Source: an uncultured Chloroflexia bacterium (lineage in GTDB: Bacteria; Chloroflexota; Limnocylindria; Limnocylindrales; CSP1-4). From it: a DNA stretch of 64,000 nt. The notes below the pieces were generated by a model. That model ran no database searches. It was not told the DNA's origin and saw nothing but the letters and a program-made list of their open reading frames with translations. The translations under genes were made by a program, and so were the position numbers. The DNA lies in contig OY969796.1 of the NCBI GenBank assembly GCA_963703155.1, positions 2,070,476 through 2,134,475 of the forward strand, in the 5' to 3' direction. This document shows, piece after piece, positions 11,690-21,430 of the stretch. Within the stretch, counting starts at the first letter, position 1. Each line of letters starts with the position of its first letter.

Positions 11690-12619
11690 ATGACGACCGG
11701 TCACCTCGACCCGGATGCCCGAGCGGCGGTCGAAGCTGTGCTCGAGCGGCGTGCAACAGGAGCGATCGTCGAGGCCGACAACCTCGCGCTCCTTGCCGGC
11801 CTGCCCGACGGCGTCGTCGACCTCGCGTACGCGGACCCGCCGTTCGCCACCGGGGCGCCGCGCCGTCTCCGGACCATCCGCCTCGGAACCGGGGATCGGG
11901 AGCGCCCGGGGTTCCGCGGCGGGCGCGAGCGCTACGAGGTCACCAGCGACCTCGCGTACGACGACGGGCTGCCGCTGCCGGACCACCTCGAGGCGCTCCG
12001 GGAGCGAGTCCGCGAGATCCATCGCGTCCTCGCGCCGAGCGGGTCCCTGTACCTCCACGTCGACTGGCGCACGGTCCACCACGTCCGCCTGATGCTCGAC
12101 GAGGTGTTCGGGGCTGGGCGTTTCCTCAACGAGATCGTCTGGGCCTACGACTACGGCGGTCGCTCGCCGGACCGCTGGCCCCGCAAGCACGACACGATCC
12201 TGTGGTACGCCAAGGGCGACACCTGGACCTTCGAGCGCGAATCGATCGACCGCATCCCGTACATGGCGCCCGGCCTGGTCGGCCCCGAGAAGGCGTCGCG
12301 CGGCAAGGTTCCCACCGACGTGTGGTGGATGACGATCGTGCCGCCGGGGTCGACGGAGCGGACGGGCTACCCGACCCAGAAGCCCGTGCGGCTCCTCGAG
12401 CGGATCATCGCAGCGTCGAGCCGGCTCGGCGACCTGGTGCTGGACCCGTACGCGGGCAGCGGGACGACGGGGGTCGCTGCCGCACGCCTCGGACGGCGCT
12501 GGCTGCTGGCAGACCGCAACCCGGTTGCTGTGGACATTGCGCGGGGCCGGCTGGCTGAGTTCATGAACGGTGCGGAGCCTCCCGGCGAGGCCGCGCCGTC
12601 GCCGGACCGGGGCCCATGA
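11690..12619 (+). CDS. Site-specific DNA methyltransferase (N6A/N4C, beta class), no adjacent REase
   Basis: Motif IV DPPF precedes motif I LDPYAGSGTT; GYPTQKP. Confidence 0.92.
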   Translation: MTTGHLDPDARAAVEAVLERRATGAIVEADNLALLAGLPDGVVDLAYADPPFATGAPRRLRTIRLGTGDRERPGFRGGRERYEVTSDLAYDDGLPLPDHLEALRERVREIHRVLAPSGSLYLHVDWRTVHHVRLMLDEVFGAGRFLNEIVWAYDYGGRSPDRWPRKHDTILWYAKGDTWTFERESIDRIPYMAPGLVGPEKASRGKVPTDVWWMTIVPPGSTERTGYPTQKPVRLLERIIAASSRLGDLVLDPYAGSGTTGVAAARLGRRWLLADRNPVAVDIARGRLAEFMNGAEPPGEAAPSPDRGP

Positions 12620-13440
12620 TCGAGGCCATCACGCTTGACTTCGGGAACACGCTGGTCCCCGTGCCGGCGGCGGCGCTGCGCGGCGTGGTGGCGATCACCG
12701 CGGAAGGGATGGCCGAGCGGCTCGGACCGTTCCCGGTGGCGGACGTGCTGGCCGCGTGGCACGAGGAGCGTGAGCGCCAGTTCCGCGAGGAGGTGCCGCA
12801 GTTCCGCGAGGTGGACCTGGCGCAGCGGATCGTCCGCATCCTGGCGCGCCTGCGCGGCATGCCGCCGCCAGCCGGCGGGGCGCGCTGGGACGACGGTGCT
12901 GCGCTGCAGCGCGCTGACCCGGAGGAGGTCGCCTGGGCCGTCGAGGTCTACTCGGCAGCCTTTGTCGACGCGCTGCCAGCGGCGCCCGGCGCCGGGGCGC
13001 TGATCGAGCGCCTGGCGCGGGATCGGCGGGTCGCCGTCCTGTCGAACTGGCCACTCGCCAAGACGATCGACCGGTACTGCGAGGCCGCCGGCTGGGCTGA
13101 GCACCTGACCGCCATCGTGGTGAGCCAGCGCGTCGGGACCATCAAGCCGCATCCGGCGATCTTCGCGGCGGCGCGCGAGGCGCTCGGCAACCCGGCGTCG
13201 GACCGCATCCTCCATGTTGGCGACGACTGGGCGGCGGACGTGGTGGGCGCGAAACGGGTCGGCTGGCGGGCGGCGTGGCTCGCGACACGGCCCGACGATT
13301 CGCCGCTGCCGGGCAGCGAGCGCGACGAGAGGGTCGAGGCCGACGCGGTGATCCAACGTCTTGATGAGCTGGAGGCGGCGCTGGCTGAGATCGACCTGGA
13401 GGCGCCTCGAAAGCCACCGGAACATGCTGCCGGCCCTTGA
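12616..13440 (+). CDS. HAD family hydrolase
   Basis: LDFGNTL motif I, LSN, KPHPAIF, HVGDDWAADVVGA; ATGA overlap with the MTase. Confidence 0.9.
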   Translation: MIEAITLDFGNTLVPVPAAALRGVVAITAEGMAERLGPFPVADVLAAWHEERERQFREEVPQFREVDLAQRIVRILARLRGMPPPAGGARWDDGAALQRADPEEVAWAVEVYSAAFVDALPAAPGAGALIERLARDRRVAVLSNWPLAKTIDRYCEAAGWAEHLTAIVVSQRVGTIKPHPAIFAAAREALGNPASDRILHVGDDWAADVVGAKRVGWRAAWLATRPDDSPLPGSERDERVEADAVIQRLDELEAALAEIDLEAPRKPPEHAAGP

Positions 13441-13490
13441 CGTCACGCCCGCACGTGTCGTGGTTCGGGCGAAGCGGAGGAGAGCGACGG

Positions 13491-14376
13491 ATGCTGCAGG
13501 TCCTCCGGACGGCAGTGGCGATCGCCGCGATGGCGTTGGTGGCCGGCTGCGCGCCGAGCGGTCCCGGTGACGCCGCGATGGCGACGGCGCGCAGTCGTGC
13601 GACGACGGTGCTTGACAACTGGGCCGCCGCCGTCAAGGCATCAGGCGGGAGGCCGGCGGTTGTCCCAGTCGGAAGCCTGACCGGTCAAGTGGGCGACTGG
13701 GAGGAGGCCTTCGGCGACAACGCGAAGCGTGCGCTGATGGCCGGGCTCGTCACTTCGGAGAGCGGGCTCACCGTCCCCTCCGCGGCGACCGCGACGGTCA
13801 CGTGGGCGGACGGATCGACGACGCCAGTCCGCGTGATCGGCGCCCAAGACGCCCTCACCGCGATCGGCCGATCGCCCGAGCCGGGCGCGACTTGCAGCGA
13901 CTGCATGGCGCTGGAGGTGGTGTCCGCGACGCTCGTGACCGCGCCGATCACCACCACCCGCGGTCCCGCCACCGGCCCGGTGTGGGAGTTCACGATCAAG
14001 GGGACGGCCGTCAAGGTCACCCGTATCGCGGTTGCCGACGCGGCAACGGTCGCCACGATGCCTGGCGATGCCGGCGGGGCGTTGGCGATCGAATTCTGCG
14101 GCAGCTTCCGGCTCGAGCGTCACGGTGCGCTTCGTCGGCGCGCCGGATCCGGCAAGCCAGCCATGCGGCGAGGACTACACCGCGGACGCCGTCGAGAGCG
14201 ATCTCGCCGTGGCCGTCCTGGTCTGGCGCCACGCGACCATCAGCCTCCTGCCCGTTGGGTGCTCGGCCGTTGGCGCCTTTCGGACGGCGACGGCGACGCT
14301 CGCAACTCCACTCGGCGATCGCCCCGTCCTCGATCCAGTGACTGGACAGCCAGTTGCGCTCACGCTCGCGCCGTGA
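13491..14376 (+). pseudogene. Lipoprotein interrupted by a +1 frameshift near 14090
   Basis: Lipobox LVAGC after ATG 13491. Protein-like sequence continues in another frame (SVTVRFVGAP...PCGEDYTADAVES...LATPLGDRPVLD) after GCGATCGAATTCTGCG. Confidence 0.7.
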
Positions 14377-14441
14377 CAAGTCTCCGACCCGCGCGCTGCG
14401 CCACGCGCCCGCCTCCTCTCGGCCCCCCGTACACTCGGGCC

Positions 14442-14816
14442 GTGGAGACCCGAGATCGCCTTGCGAACATCGGCCTGCTCGGCGCGGCAGCCGTCGTCTG
14501 GGTGCTCGTCGGCATCCTCGTCACCACCCGGGACCCGTACGGCGATGCCATGGCGGGCTATGAAGGGGCGCTGCTGATCGGGCTCGCGATCGGGCTGACC
14601 TGCGCGCCGCTCGCCTGGCTGGTGGTCTTCGCCCGCCATCGGCGCATCGCCTACAACGGCGACTGGTTCCGGGCGGTCCGCCGCGGGGCATGGGTGGGCC
14701 TGTTCTTCGCCGTCATCGTGGTGCTGCGTGTTGTGGGCGCGTTCCAGTTCCCCATCCTGCTGTTCCTCGCCGCCATCTTCGTCGTGGCCGAGATCACGCT
14801 CTCGGCTGAGCGCTAG
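14442..14816 (+). CDS. Hypothetical membrane protein (4 TM)
   Basis: GTG 14442 preceded by TACACT; hydrophobic helices; RRG motif. It forms the tail of the artefactual ORF 13437..14816. Confidence 0.75.
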   Translation: METRDRLANIGLLGAAAVVWVLVGILVTTRDPYGDAMAGYEGALLIGLAIGLTCAPLAWLVVFARHRRIAYNGDWFRAVRRGAWVGLFFAVIVVLRVVGAFQFPILLFLAAIFVVAEITLSAER

Positions 14817-14829
14817 GAGAGAGCAACCC

Positions 14830-16047
14830 GTGACCGACGCCGCCGCTCCGCTCTCGTCGTCCACCCCCGCCGGGCCGTTCGCGGACGTCAAGGCGCATGC
14901 CGCCGCGGCCATCGCCGCCGCAAGCGAGGAGCTCCTCGACCTCTCGCACCGGATCCACGCCAACCCCGAGCCGGCCTTCGAGGAGCGCTATGCAGCGGCG
15001 GCCGTGGCCGAGGTCATCGAGCGCCACGGGTACCAGGTGGAGCGGGGCCCCGGCAGCCTCGAGACTGCGGTGCGGGGCCGGCTGGTGGGCGGTCGCGGCG
15101 GCGACGGGCCCCGGATCGGCGTCCTCGCCGAGTACGACGCGCTCCCCGGCCTCGGCCACGGCTGCGGGCACAACACGATGGCCGCCTCGGGCGTGGGCGC
15201 AGCTGTGGGCCTGGCGGCCGTGCGCGACGCCTGGGCGGGCGAGGTGGTCTTCCTGGGCACGCCGGCGGAGGAGCGGGGCAGCGGCAAGGAGATCATGCTG
15301 CGCGACGGCCTGTTCGAGGGCCTCGACGCCGCGCTCCTCTACCACCCCTGCGACCGCAACCACGTCGAGTGCGCGCCGCTCGCGTCGGAGGACGTGGTCG
15401 TCACGTTCACCGGCTTCGCGGCCCACGCCGCGAGCGATCCGTGGATGGGCCGCAACGCGCTCGACGCGATGATCGGGCTCTTCGTGAGCATCGGGCTGTG
15501 GCGCCAGCAGCTGCCGACCCACTGCCGCGTCCACGGGGTCATCCAGGAGGGCGGCACCGCAGCGAACATCATCCCCAGCCGCACGAAGGCCTGGTTCATG
15601 ATCCGCTCGGCCGACCAGCCGTACTACGAGGTGATGAAGCGTCGCTTCACCGCGCTCTGCGAGGCGGCGGCGAAGGCGGCCGACGTCGAGGTGACCGTCG
15701 AGTACAGCGGCTACGCGAGCACGATGAAGCACAACCGCGTGCTCGCGGACCTGTGGGTCGCCAACGCCGCCGCCTACGGGATCGAGGACCAAGGCAAGGA
15801 CCCGACGTCGGGCTCGACGGACATGGCCAACGTGTCCTGGGCGCTGCCGGCGATCCACCCCGACCTCGCGATCAGCGACACGCCGGTGCCGGGCCACACC
15901 ATCGAGTTCCGCGAGGCCGCGGCGACCCCGCGAGCTGATCGGACGGTCCTGCTGGCCGCCACGCTCGTCGCGCAGACGGCGCTCGACCTGCTGCTCGACC
16001 CGGCGACGTCGGCTGCGGCGTGGCGGGAGTTCCGGGGCGAGGCGTAG
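14830..16047 (+). CDS. M20 family amidohydrolase (Acy1L2/AbgB-like)
   Basis: HANPEPAFEE, AEYDALPGLGHGCGHN, GTPAEE, GSTDMANVS, GHT.EF. Confidence 0.93.
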   Translation: MTDAAAPLSSSTPAGPFADVKAHAAAAIAAASEELLDLSHRIHANPEPAFEERYAAAAVAEVIERHGYQVERGPGSLETAVRGRLVGGRGGDGPRIGVLAEYDALPGLGHGCGHNTMAASGVGAAVGLAAVRDAWAGEVVFLGTPAEERGSGKEIMLRDGLFEGLDAALLYHPCDRNHVECAPLASEDVVVTFTGFAAHAASDPWMGRNALDAMIGLFVSIGLWRQQLPTHCRVHGVIQEGGTAANIIPSRTKAWFMIRSADQPYYEVMKRRFTALCEAAAKAADVEVTVEYSGYASTMKHNRVLADLWVANAAAYGIEDQGKDPTSGSTDMANVSWALPAIHPDLAISDTPVPGHTIEFREAAATPRADRTVLLAATLVAQTALDLLLDPATSAAAWREFRGEA

Positions 16048-16051
16048 CGGC

Positions 16052-16558
16052 GTGGACGCGGGGACGGCGCCGCTGACGTTCCGGCACCCGGTCGAGGCAG
16101 ACCACCGGCGCCTGGTCGCGGTGATCGACGACTGGTGGGGCGGACGCCAGCTCGCCCACCTCCTGCCGCGCCTGTGGCTGCAGTTCTTCACGGGCACGTC
16201 GTGGATCGCCGAGACGTCCGACGGCTCGCTGGCGGGGTTCCTCGTCGGATTCGTCAGCCCGGACGACCCGACCGTCGGCTACGTCCACATGATCGCGACG
16301 AGCCCGAACCGCCGGAAGCGCGGGCTGGGCCGAGAGCTCTACCGGCACTTCATTGATGACGTGGCGGCCCGCGGCGTCCGCGAGGTCCGCGCGATCACGT
16401 GGGCGGGCAACCGGGTCTCGATCGGCTTCCACACCTCGATCGGCTTCCGCGTGGACGACGGCCCGGGCACCCAGCGCCTGTACGGCACGACGGCCTACCT
16501 CGACTACGAGGGCGACGGACTCGACATGGTGGTCTTCCGCAAGCGGCTCACGGGGTAG
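16052..16558 (+). CDS. GNAT family N-acetyltransferase
   Basis: YVHMIATSPNRRKRGLGRELY acetyl-CoA motif; N..SIGFH. Confidence 0.88.
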   Translation: MDAGTAPLTFRHPVEADHRRLVAVIDDWWGGRQLAHLLPRLWLQFFTGTSWIAETSDGSLAGFLVGFVSPDDPTVGYVHMIATSPNRRKRGLGRELYRHFIDDVAARGVREVRAITWAGNRVSIGFHTSIGFRVDDGPGTQRLYGTTAYLDYEGDGLDMVVFRKRLTG

Positions 16559-16561
16559 TCG

Positions 16562-16957
16562 GTGGACGATCTGTTGCCGCCCGCCGCAGAGGCCGTCGTC
16601 CAGCGGGCGCGGACGCTCACGCGGAACGAGGTCGTTCGCCTTGACCTCGCTGAACGCCTGCGCGCCGGGCTGCTGCTCACGGGCTGGGACTTGCTCCGCG
16701 ATCAGATGGGCGGGTTGGATGTGCGCGACCAGCGGTTCGCGGCACGCAACCGCTCTTGGGAGGCCGTCACTGAATCGCTGGAGCGCCTCGGGCTTCGTCC
16801 CACGCCCGATGACGGCTACTGGCGCGTGGTCACCTGGATCGGGTCGGGGGCTGCGCGCACGGCTCGATACGCCGCGTGTGCGCTCGTGGCACCCGAGCGG
16901 CTGGACCCGGAGGTCCTCGAGATCCTTCTCGGACCGTGGTCTCGGGTGATCGGCTGA
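16562..16957 (+). CDS. Hypothetical protein
   Basis: Operon-spaced ORF 3 nt after the GNAT gene, plausible composition. Confidence 0.6.
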   Translation: MDDLLPPAAEAVVQRARTLTRNEVVRLDLAERLRAGLLLTGWDLLRDQMGGLDVRDQRFAARNRSWEAVTESLERLGLRPTPDDGYWRVVTWIGSGAARTARYAACALVAPERLDPEVLEILLGPWSRVIG

Positions 16958-17351
16958 GTCGAACCGATCGTGCGCACTGGCTCCTGCGTCGCGCCAGACG
17001 GCGACTCACGGTGGAGTCATTCGGGCCCGGCACGTGCACCGGTTGGGCGCGAAACGCGGGTTTCGAGCGCGGCCCACGCTCGGTAGGGTCGGCTTTGACT
17101 CTGCCGTGAGTCGTGAGGAGGCGACGGACGGCTCGCGAACTTCGCGGTGGGCCGCAGACCAGCGCGGATCCGCCGGGACGACGCGCCCCGCACCGCAACG
17201 CCCGACGCCGGGAACGTTGCGACCGGGTACCATGCCGCCCGGCGCGCCCCGCTGGACGGTGAACCGAACCGGCGGCGCCCGCGAGCGAGGCGGCGACGCC
17301 CGAGCCCGGCACGGTTGCCGGTTCGGAGGCGCGCCGGCCCCGGAGGACATC

Positions 17352-18422
17352 GTGGCCGAGCGTCCCCATCACGTGGACCAGGTCGATTTCGCCGCCAACA
17401 ACGGCTGGGACCGCCCCTTCGAGCAGTTCGACGATTTCGACCTGCCCACCTACGTCGGCCTGCCGACGTTCATGAAGCTGCCTTGGGTGCCCGACCCGGC
17501 CGGACTGCGGGCGCGGAACATCGACGTGGCGATCGTCGGCGCCCCGTTCGACGACGCCGTCAGCCACCGCCCCGGCGCCCGCTTCGGCCCCCGCGCCATC
17601 CGCGAGGCGCAGTACACGAGCGGGTCGATCCACTCGCTCCAGCTGGGCGTCGAGCCGTTCGAGATCCTCAAGGTCGCCGACGCCGGCGACGCGCCCGTCG
17701 TCCCAGCTGCAATTGAGCGCGCCCACGCCGTGATCTACCGCAAGGTCTACGAGGTGGCTGCGACGGGCGCGATCCCGATTGTGCTCGGCGGCGACCACTC
17801 GATCACCTGGCCGTCGGCCACCGCCGTCGCCACGGTGCGCCGGCCGGGCAGCATCGGCATCGTCCACTTCGACGCCCACGCCGACACCGCCAACGAGGAC
17901 TGGGGCGTGCTCGCGGGCCACGGGACGCCGATGCGCCGCCTGATCGAATCGGGTGCGGTGAAGGGCTCGAACTTCGTCCAGGTGGGCCTGCGCGGCTACT
18001 GGCCGCCGGTCGAGACCTTCGAGTGGATGAAGGCCCAGGGGCTGCGCTGGCACCTGATGCGCGAGATCGAGGAGCGGGGCGCCGAGGCCGTGATCGACGA
18101 CGCCATCGCGGAGGCGCTCGACGGCCCGGACTCCATCTACATCAGCGTCGACATCGACGTCATCGACCCCGGCATCGCCCCCGGCACCGGCACGCCCGAG
18201 CCCGGCGGCATGCTGCCGCGCGAGGTGCTGCGCGCCATCCGCCGCATCGCGGGCTCGGTGGAGGTCGCGGGCATGGACATCGTCGAGGTCTCGCCGCCGT
18301 ACGACCACGCCGAGGTCACCGCGATGGCCGCCAACCGGATCGCGCTCGAGTGCATCAGCGCCCTTGCCAAGAAGCGCCTCGACGGGCAGACCGTGCGGTT
18401 CGAAGGCGCGGACCGGCGCTGA
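17352..18422 (+). CDS. speB: Ureohydrolase (agmatinase/guanidinobutyrase family)
   Basis: GAPFD...RPGARFGP, GGDHSIT, HFDAHAD, HGTP, SVDIDVIDP..APGTGTPEPGG; GTG 17352 with SD GGAGG. Confidence 0.9.
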   Translation: MAERPHHVDQVDFAANNGWDRPFEQFDDFDLPTYVGLPTFMKLPWVPDPAGLRARNIDVAIVGAPFDDAVSHRPGARFGPRAIREAQYTSGSIHSLQLGVEPFEILKVADAGDAPVVPAAIERAHAVIYRKVYEVAATGAIPIVLGGDHSITWPSATAVATVRRPGSIGIVHFDAHADTANEDWGVLAGHGTPMRRLIESGAVKGSNFVQVGLRGYWPPVETFEWMKAQGLRWHLMREIEERGAEAVIDDAIAEALDGPDSIYISVDIDVIDPGIAPGTGTPEPGGMLPREVLRAIRRIAGSVEVAGMDIVEVSPPYDHAEVTAMAANRIALECISALAKKRLDGQTVRFEGADRR

Positions 18423-18440
18423 GCGGCGAACAATAGGCAG

Positions 18441-19229
18441 ATGAGCCCCACCCCCGAGCGCGCGGCCGACGCGCTGGCCCGCCTGTACGACCTCGACCTC
18501 ACGTCCGACCCGGGCGATCTCGACCTCTACCTCGCCCTTGCGGCGAGGACGGGCGGGCCGATCCTCGAGCTGGCCGTGGGCTCGGGCCGGATCGCGGTGC
18601 CCCTCGCGGCAGACGGCCACGACGTCACGGGCGTCGACCTCGACCCGGCGATGCTTGCGCGGGCGAGGGCGGCCGCGGACGGGGCCGGCAAGACCACCGC
18701 CCGCCGCCTGCACCTGGTCGAGGGTGACGCGCGCACGGTCCGGCTCGAGGACGCGGGCGCCTACCAGCTCGCGACCATTCCGCTCAACTCGATCTTCCTC
18801 ATGGGCACTCGCGCCGACCAGGCCGCCGCCGTGGCGACGCTCGCGGCGCACCTGGCGCCCGGCGGCCTCGCGGTCCTCGACGTCTGGCTGCCCGATGCGG
18901 ACGACCTCTCGCGGTACGACGGGCGCCTCGTGCTCGAGTGGGTGCGCGACGATCCGGAGACCGGCCACACCGTCACCAAGACGGGCGCCGCCGAGTACGA
19001 CGCCGCGAGCGGTGTCGTCCGGCTCACGACGATCTTCGAGTCGGGGCGGCCCGGTGAGCCGGCCGCGCGCTGGGTGCGCTGCGACCGCCTCAGGCTCGTG
19101 GGTCCCGACGAGCTGGCGGCGTTCGCGGAGGCCGCGGGACTGGTTGTCGAGGAGCTGGCCGGCGGGTACGACCTCGAGCCGCTGGGACCCGGCGCGGACC
19201 GGGCGGTGCTGGTGGCCCGCAGGCGCTGA
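18441..19229 (+). CDS. Class I SAM-dependent methyltransferase
   Basis: ILELAVGSGRI...VTGVDLDPAML...EGDAR...LAPGGL. Confidence 0.9.
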   Translation: MSPTPERAADALARLYDLDLTSDPGDLDLYLALAARTGGPILELAVGSGRIAVPLAADGHDVTGVDLDPAMLARARAAADGAGKTTARRLHLVEGDARTVRLEDAGAYQLATIPLNSIFLMGTRADQAAAVATLAAHLAPGGLAVLDVWLPDADDLSRYDGRLVLEWVRDDPETGHTVTKTGAAEYDAASGVVRLTTIFESGRPGEPAARWVRCDRLRLVGPDELAAFAEAAGLVVEELAGGYDLEPLGPGADRAVLVARRR

Positions 19230-19362
19230 GGCGACGCGGGGCCGACGCTCGGCCCGTCGGGTGATTGGGGCGTCCAGACAACCCCCCGCAGCCCTGTCGG
19301 GGGCGTCGGGCAGGGACCTTCGGGGACCTGTCGAGCCGGAGCAAGGTGGTATCGTCGCGGCG

Positions 19363-20502
19363 ATGCCCGACCAGATCCGCCTGCTTGTCGTCGAGGACGT
19401 GCCCCAGGTCGCGCAGTACATTCGCGGCCTGCTCAACTCGCAGACCGTGATCAAGCTGCTCGACGTCGTCACCGACGGCAACAAGGTGCTCGGGCTCGCC
19501 CAGGAGCTCCGCCCGGACGTCATCCTCGTCGACGCGCTGCTCCAGGGCCGCCTCAAGGGGATGCAGCTGGTCGCCAAGCTCCACGACGCCGGCAACCAGA
19601 TCCCGGTGATCGTCCTGACCGTGCCGCAGCATCCGGTGCAGCCGAACCCGGGCATGGGCATCCACGCAGTCCTGCCCATGCCGTTCACCGGCTACGAGCT
19701 GGTCACCCGGATCCAGCAGTCGCGCCAGGTGGCGGCTGATGCCGATGCCTCCGGCGGCGCCCGGATGATCACGATCTTCGCGCCCAAGGGCGGTGTGGGC
19801 AAGACCACCCTGGCGTTCAACCTCGCGGTCGCGATCGGGCAGGCGGGGATGCGCACCGTGCTGATCGACGGCAGCCTCCAGTTCGGCGACATGCGCGCGC
19901 TGCTCAAGGTCCCGATGGACGCGCCATCACTGCTGGACCTGCCCACCGACCGGATCCAGGAGTCGGACCTCGAGGACGTGCTGTGGCGCGACCCGTCGGG
20001 CATCGACATCCTGCTCGCGCCGCCCCGCGTGGAGCTGGCCGAGATGGTCACCGTCCGCGACCTGGAGAAGACGCTCTCGCTGCTGCGGCGGGTGTACCAG
20101 GTGGTCATCGTGGACACGCCGGCGGTCATCAACGACGTGAACCTCGCCTTCCTCGACGCCTCGGACACCATCCTCGAGATCGTCAGCTGGGACTCCACGA
20201 CCATCCACAGCACGATGGTCATGGCCGACGCATTCCGGGCGATCGGCTATCCGCCGACGAAGGTCCGCTACCTCGTCAACCGCGCTGATTCAACGGGCGG
20301 CTTCGACACCCAGCTCCTGGCCAACGCCCTCGGGCGCGTGCCCGAGCACAGCGTGTCGTCGGGCGGCGCCCTGGTCGTGCGCACGAACAACGAGGGCATC
20401 CCCTTCGTGCTCGCGGACCCGACGGCGCAGATCAGCCAGGACGTCTTCCGGACGGCCGCCGAGCTCATCGGCAGGCCCGTGGCCGTGGCCGCGCGGCGGT
20501 AG
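19363..20502 (+). CDS. Receiver-domain + MinD/ParA (CpaE/TadZ-like) ATPase
   Basis: N-terminal LLVVED...VILVD receiver; KGGVGKTT, LIDGSLQFGD, VIVDTP, LVNR. Confidence 0.87.
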   Translation: MPDQIRLLVVEDVPQVAQYIRGLLNSQTVIKLLDVVTDGNKVLGLAQELRPDVILVDALLQGRLKGMQLVAKLHDAGNQIPVIVLTVPQHPVQPNPGMGIHAVLPMPFTGYELVTRIQQSRQVAADADASGGARMITIFAPKGGVGKTTLAFNLAVAIGQAGMRTVLIDGSLQFGDMRALLKVPMDAPSLLDLPTDRIQESDLEDVLWRDPSGIDILLAPPRVELAEMVTVRDLEKTLSLLRRVYQVVIVDTPAVINDVNLAFLDASDTILEIVSWDSTTIHSTMVMADAFRAIGYPPTKVRYLVNRADSTGGFDTQLLANALGRVPEHSVSSGGALVVRTNNEGIPFVLADPTAQISQDVFRTAAELIGRPVAVAARR

Positions 20503-20509
20503 GGTACTC

Positions 20510-21430
20510 GTGTCGGATCCGCGCCCCATCGGCGTCTTCGACTCGGGCGTGGGCGGGCTGACCGTCCTGCGCGAGATCCTGCGCCGCTCACCCCACGAGT
20601 CCACGATCTACCTGGGCGACAACGCCCGCGCGCCATACGGCACCCGGACGGACGACGAGGTCCTGCGCTTCTCGATCCAGGCGCTCGATGCGCTCGCCTC
20701 GCGCGACGTGAAGGCGATCGTGGTGGCCTGCAACACGTCCACGGCGGTCGCGCTCCGCGACCTGCGCGCCCGGTACGACCTGCCGGTGCTGGGCGTGGTC
20801 CGGCCCGGCGCCGCGGCGGCGGCGCTGGCGACGCGCAACCGGCGCGTCGGCGTGATCGCCACACCCGCGACCGTCCGCTCGCACGCCTACTTCAACGCGA
20901 TCAAGGACGAGAACCCCGCAGTCGAGGTGTACGAGCACGCGACGCCCCGGTTCGTGCCCATGGTCGAGGCGGGCATCCTCGCGGGGCCGGAGCTCGAGGC
21001 TGCGGTGGCCGAGGAGCTCGCGCCGCTGCTGGGCGAGCGCGACGGGGCGGGCGAGTTCGTGTTCCCGCGGCCGCCGTCGGCCAAGATCGACACCCTGCTG
21101 CTGGGCTGCACCCACTACCCGCTGCTGCGGCCCGTGCTGAGCGCCGCCGTCGGTGACCGCGTGGCCATCGTGGACTCTGCCACGGCCACGGCCGCGACGC
21201 TCGCCGAGCTCCTGTCGGTCAACGCCCTCGAAGCCCCGGGTACTACGCGCGGCACCGCCGCCGACCCGGGCGCAGCCGGCCACTCCCGCCCCGCCGAGAC
21301 GTATGGCGAGCCGCCGGTGCACGTCCAGTTCACGACCGGTGATGTCGCGCTGTTCACCTCGATCGCGTCGCGGATGTTCGGCGAGGCGTTTCCCGACGTG
21401 TGCGGCATCGAGCTGGCTGACGGCGGATGA
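20510..21430 (+). CDS. murI: Glutamate racemase
   Basis: IGVFDSGVGGLTV, PYG, VACNT, LGCTHYP. Confidence 0.96.
   Translation: MSDPRPIGVFDSGVGGLTVLREILRRSPHESTIYLGDNARAPYGTRTDDEVLRFSIQALDALASRDVKAIVVACNTSTAVALRDLRARYDLPVLGVVRPGAAAAALATRNRRVGVIATPATVRSHAYFNAIKDENPAVEVYEHATPRFVPMVEAGILAGPELEAAVAEELAPLLGERDGAGEFVFPRPPSAKIDTLLLGCTHYPLLRPVLSAAVGDRVAIVDSATATAATLAELLSVNALEAPGTTRGTAADPGAAGHSRPAETYGEPPVHVQFTTGDVALFTSIASRMFGEAFPDVCGIELADGG

Noticed and set aside
17352..18422. Guanidine hydrolase (GdmH)
   Set aside because: It has canonical HFDAHAD and HGTP ureohydrolase motifs, and no Ni-chaperone genes are adjacent.
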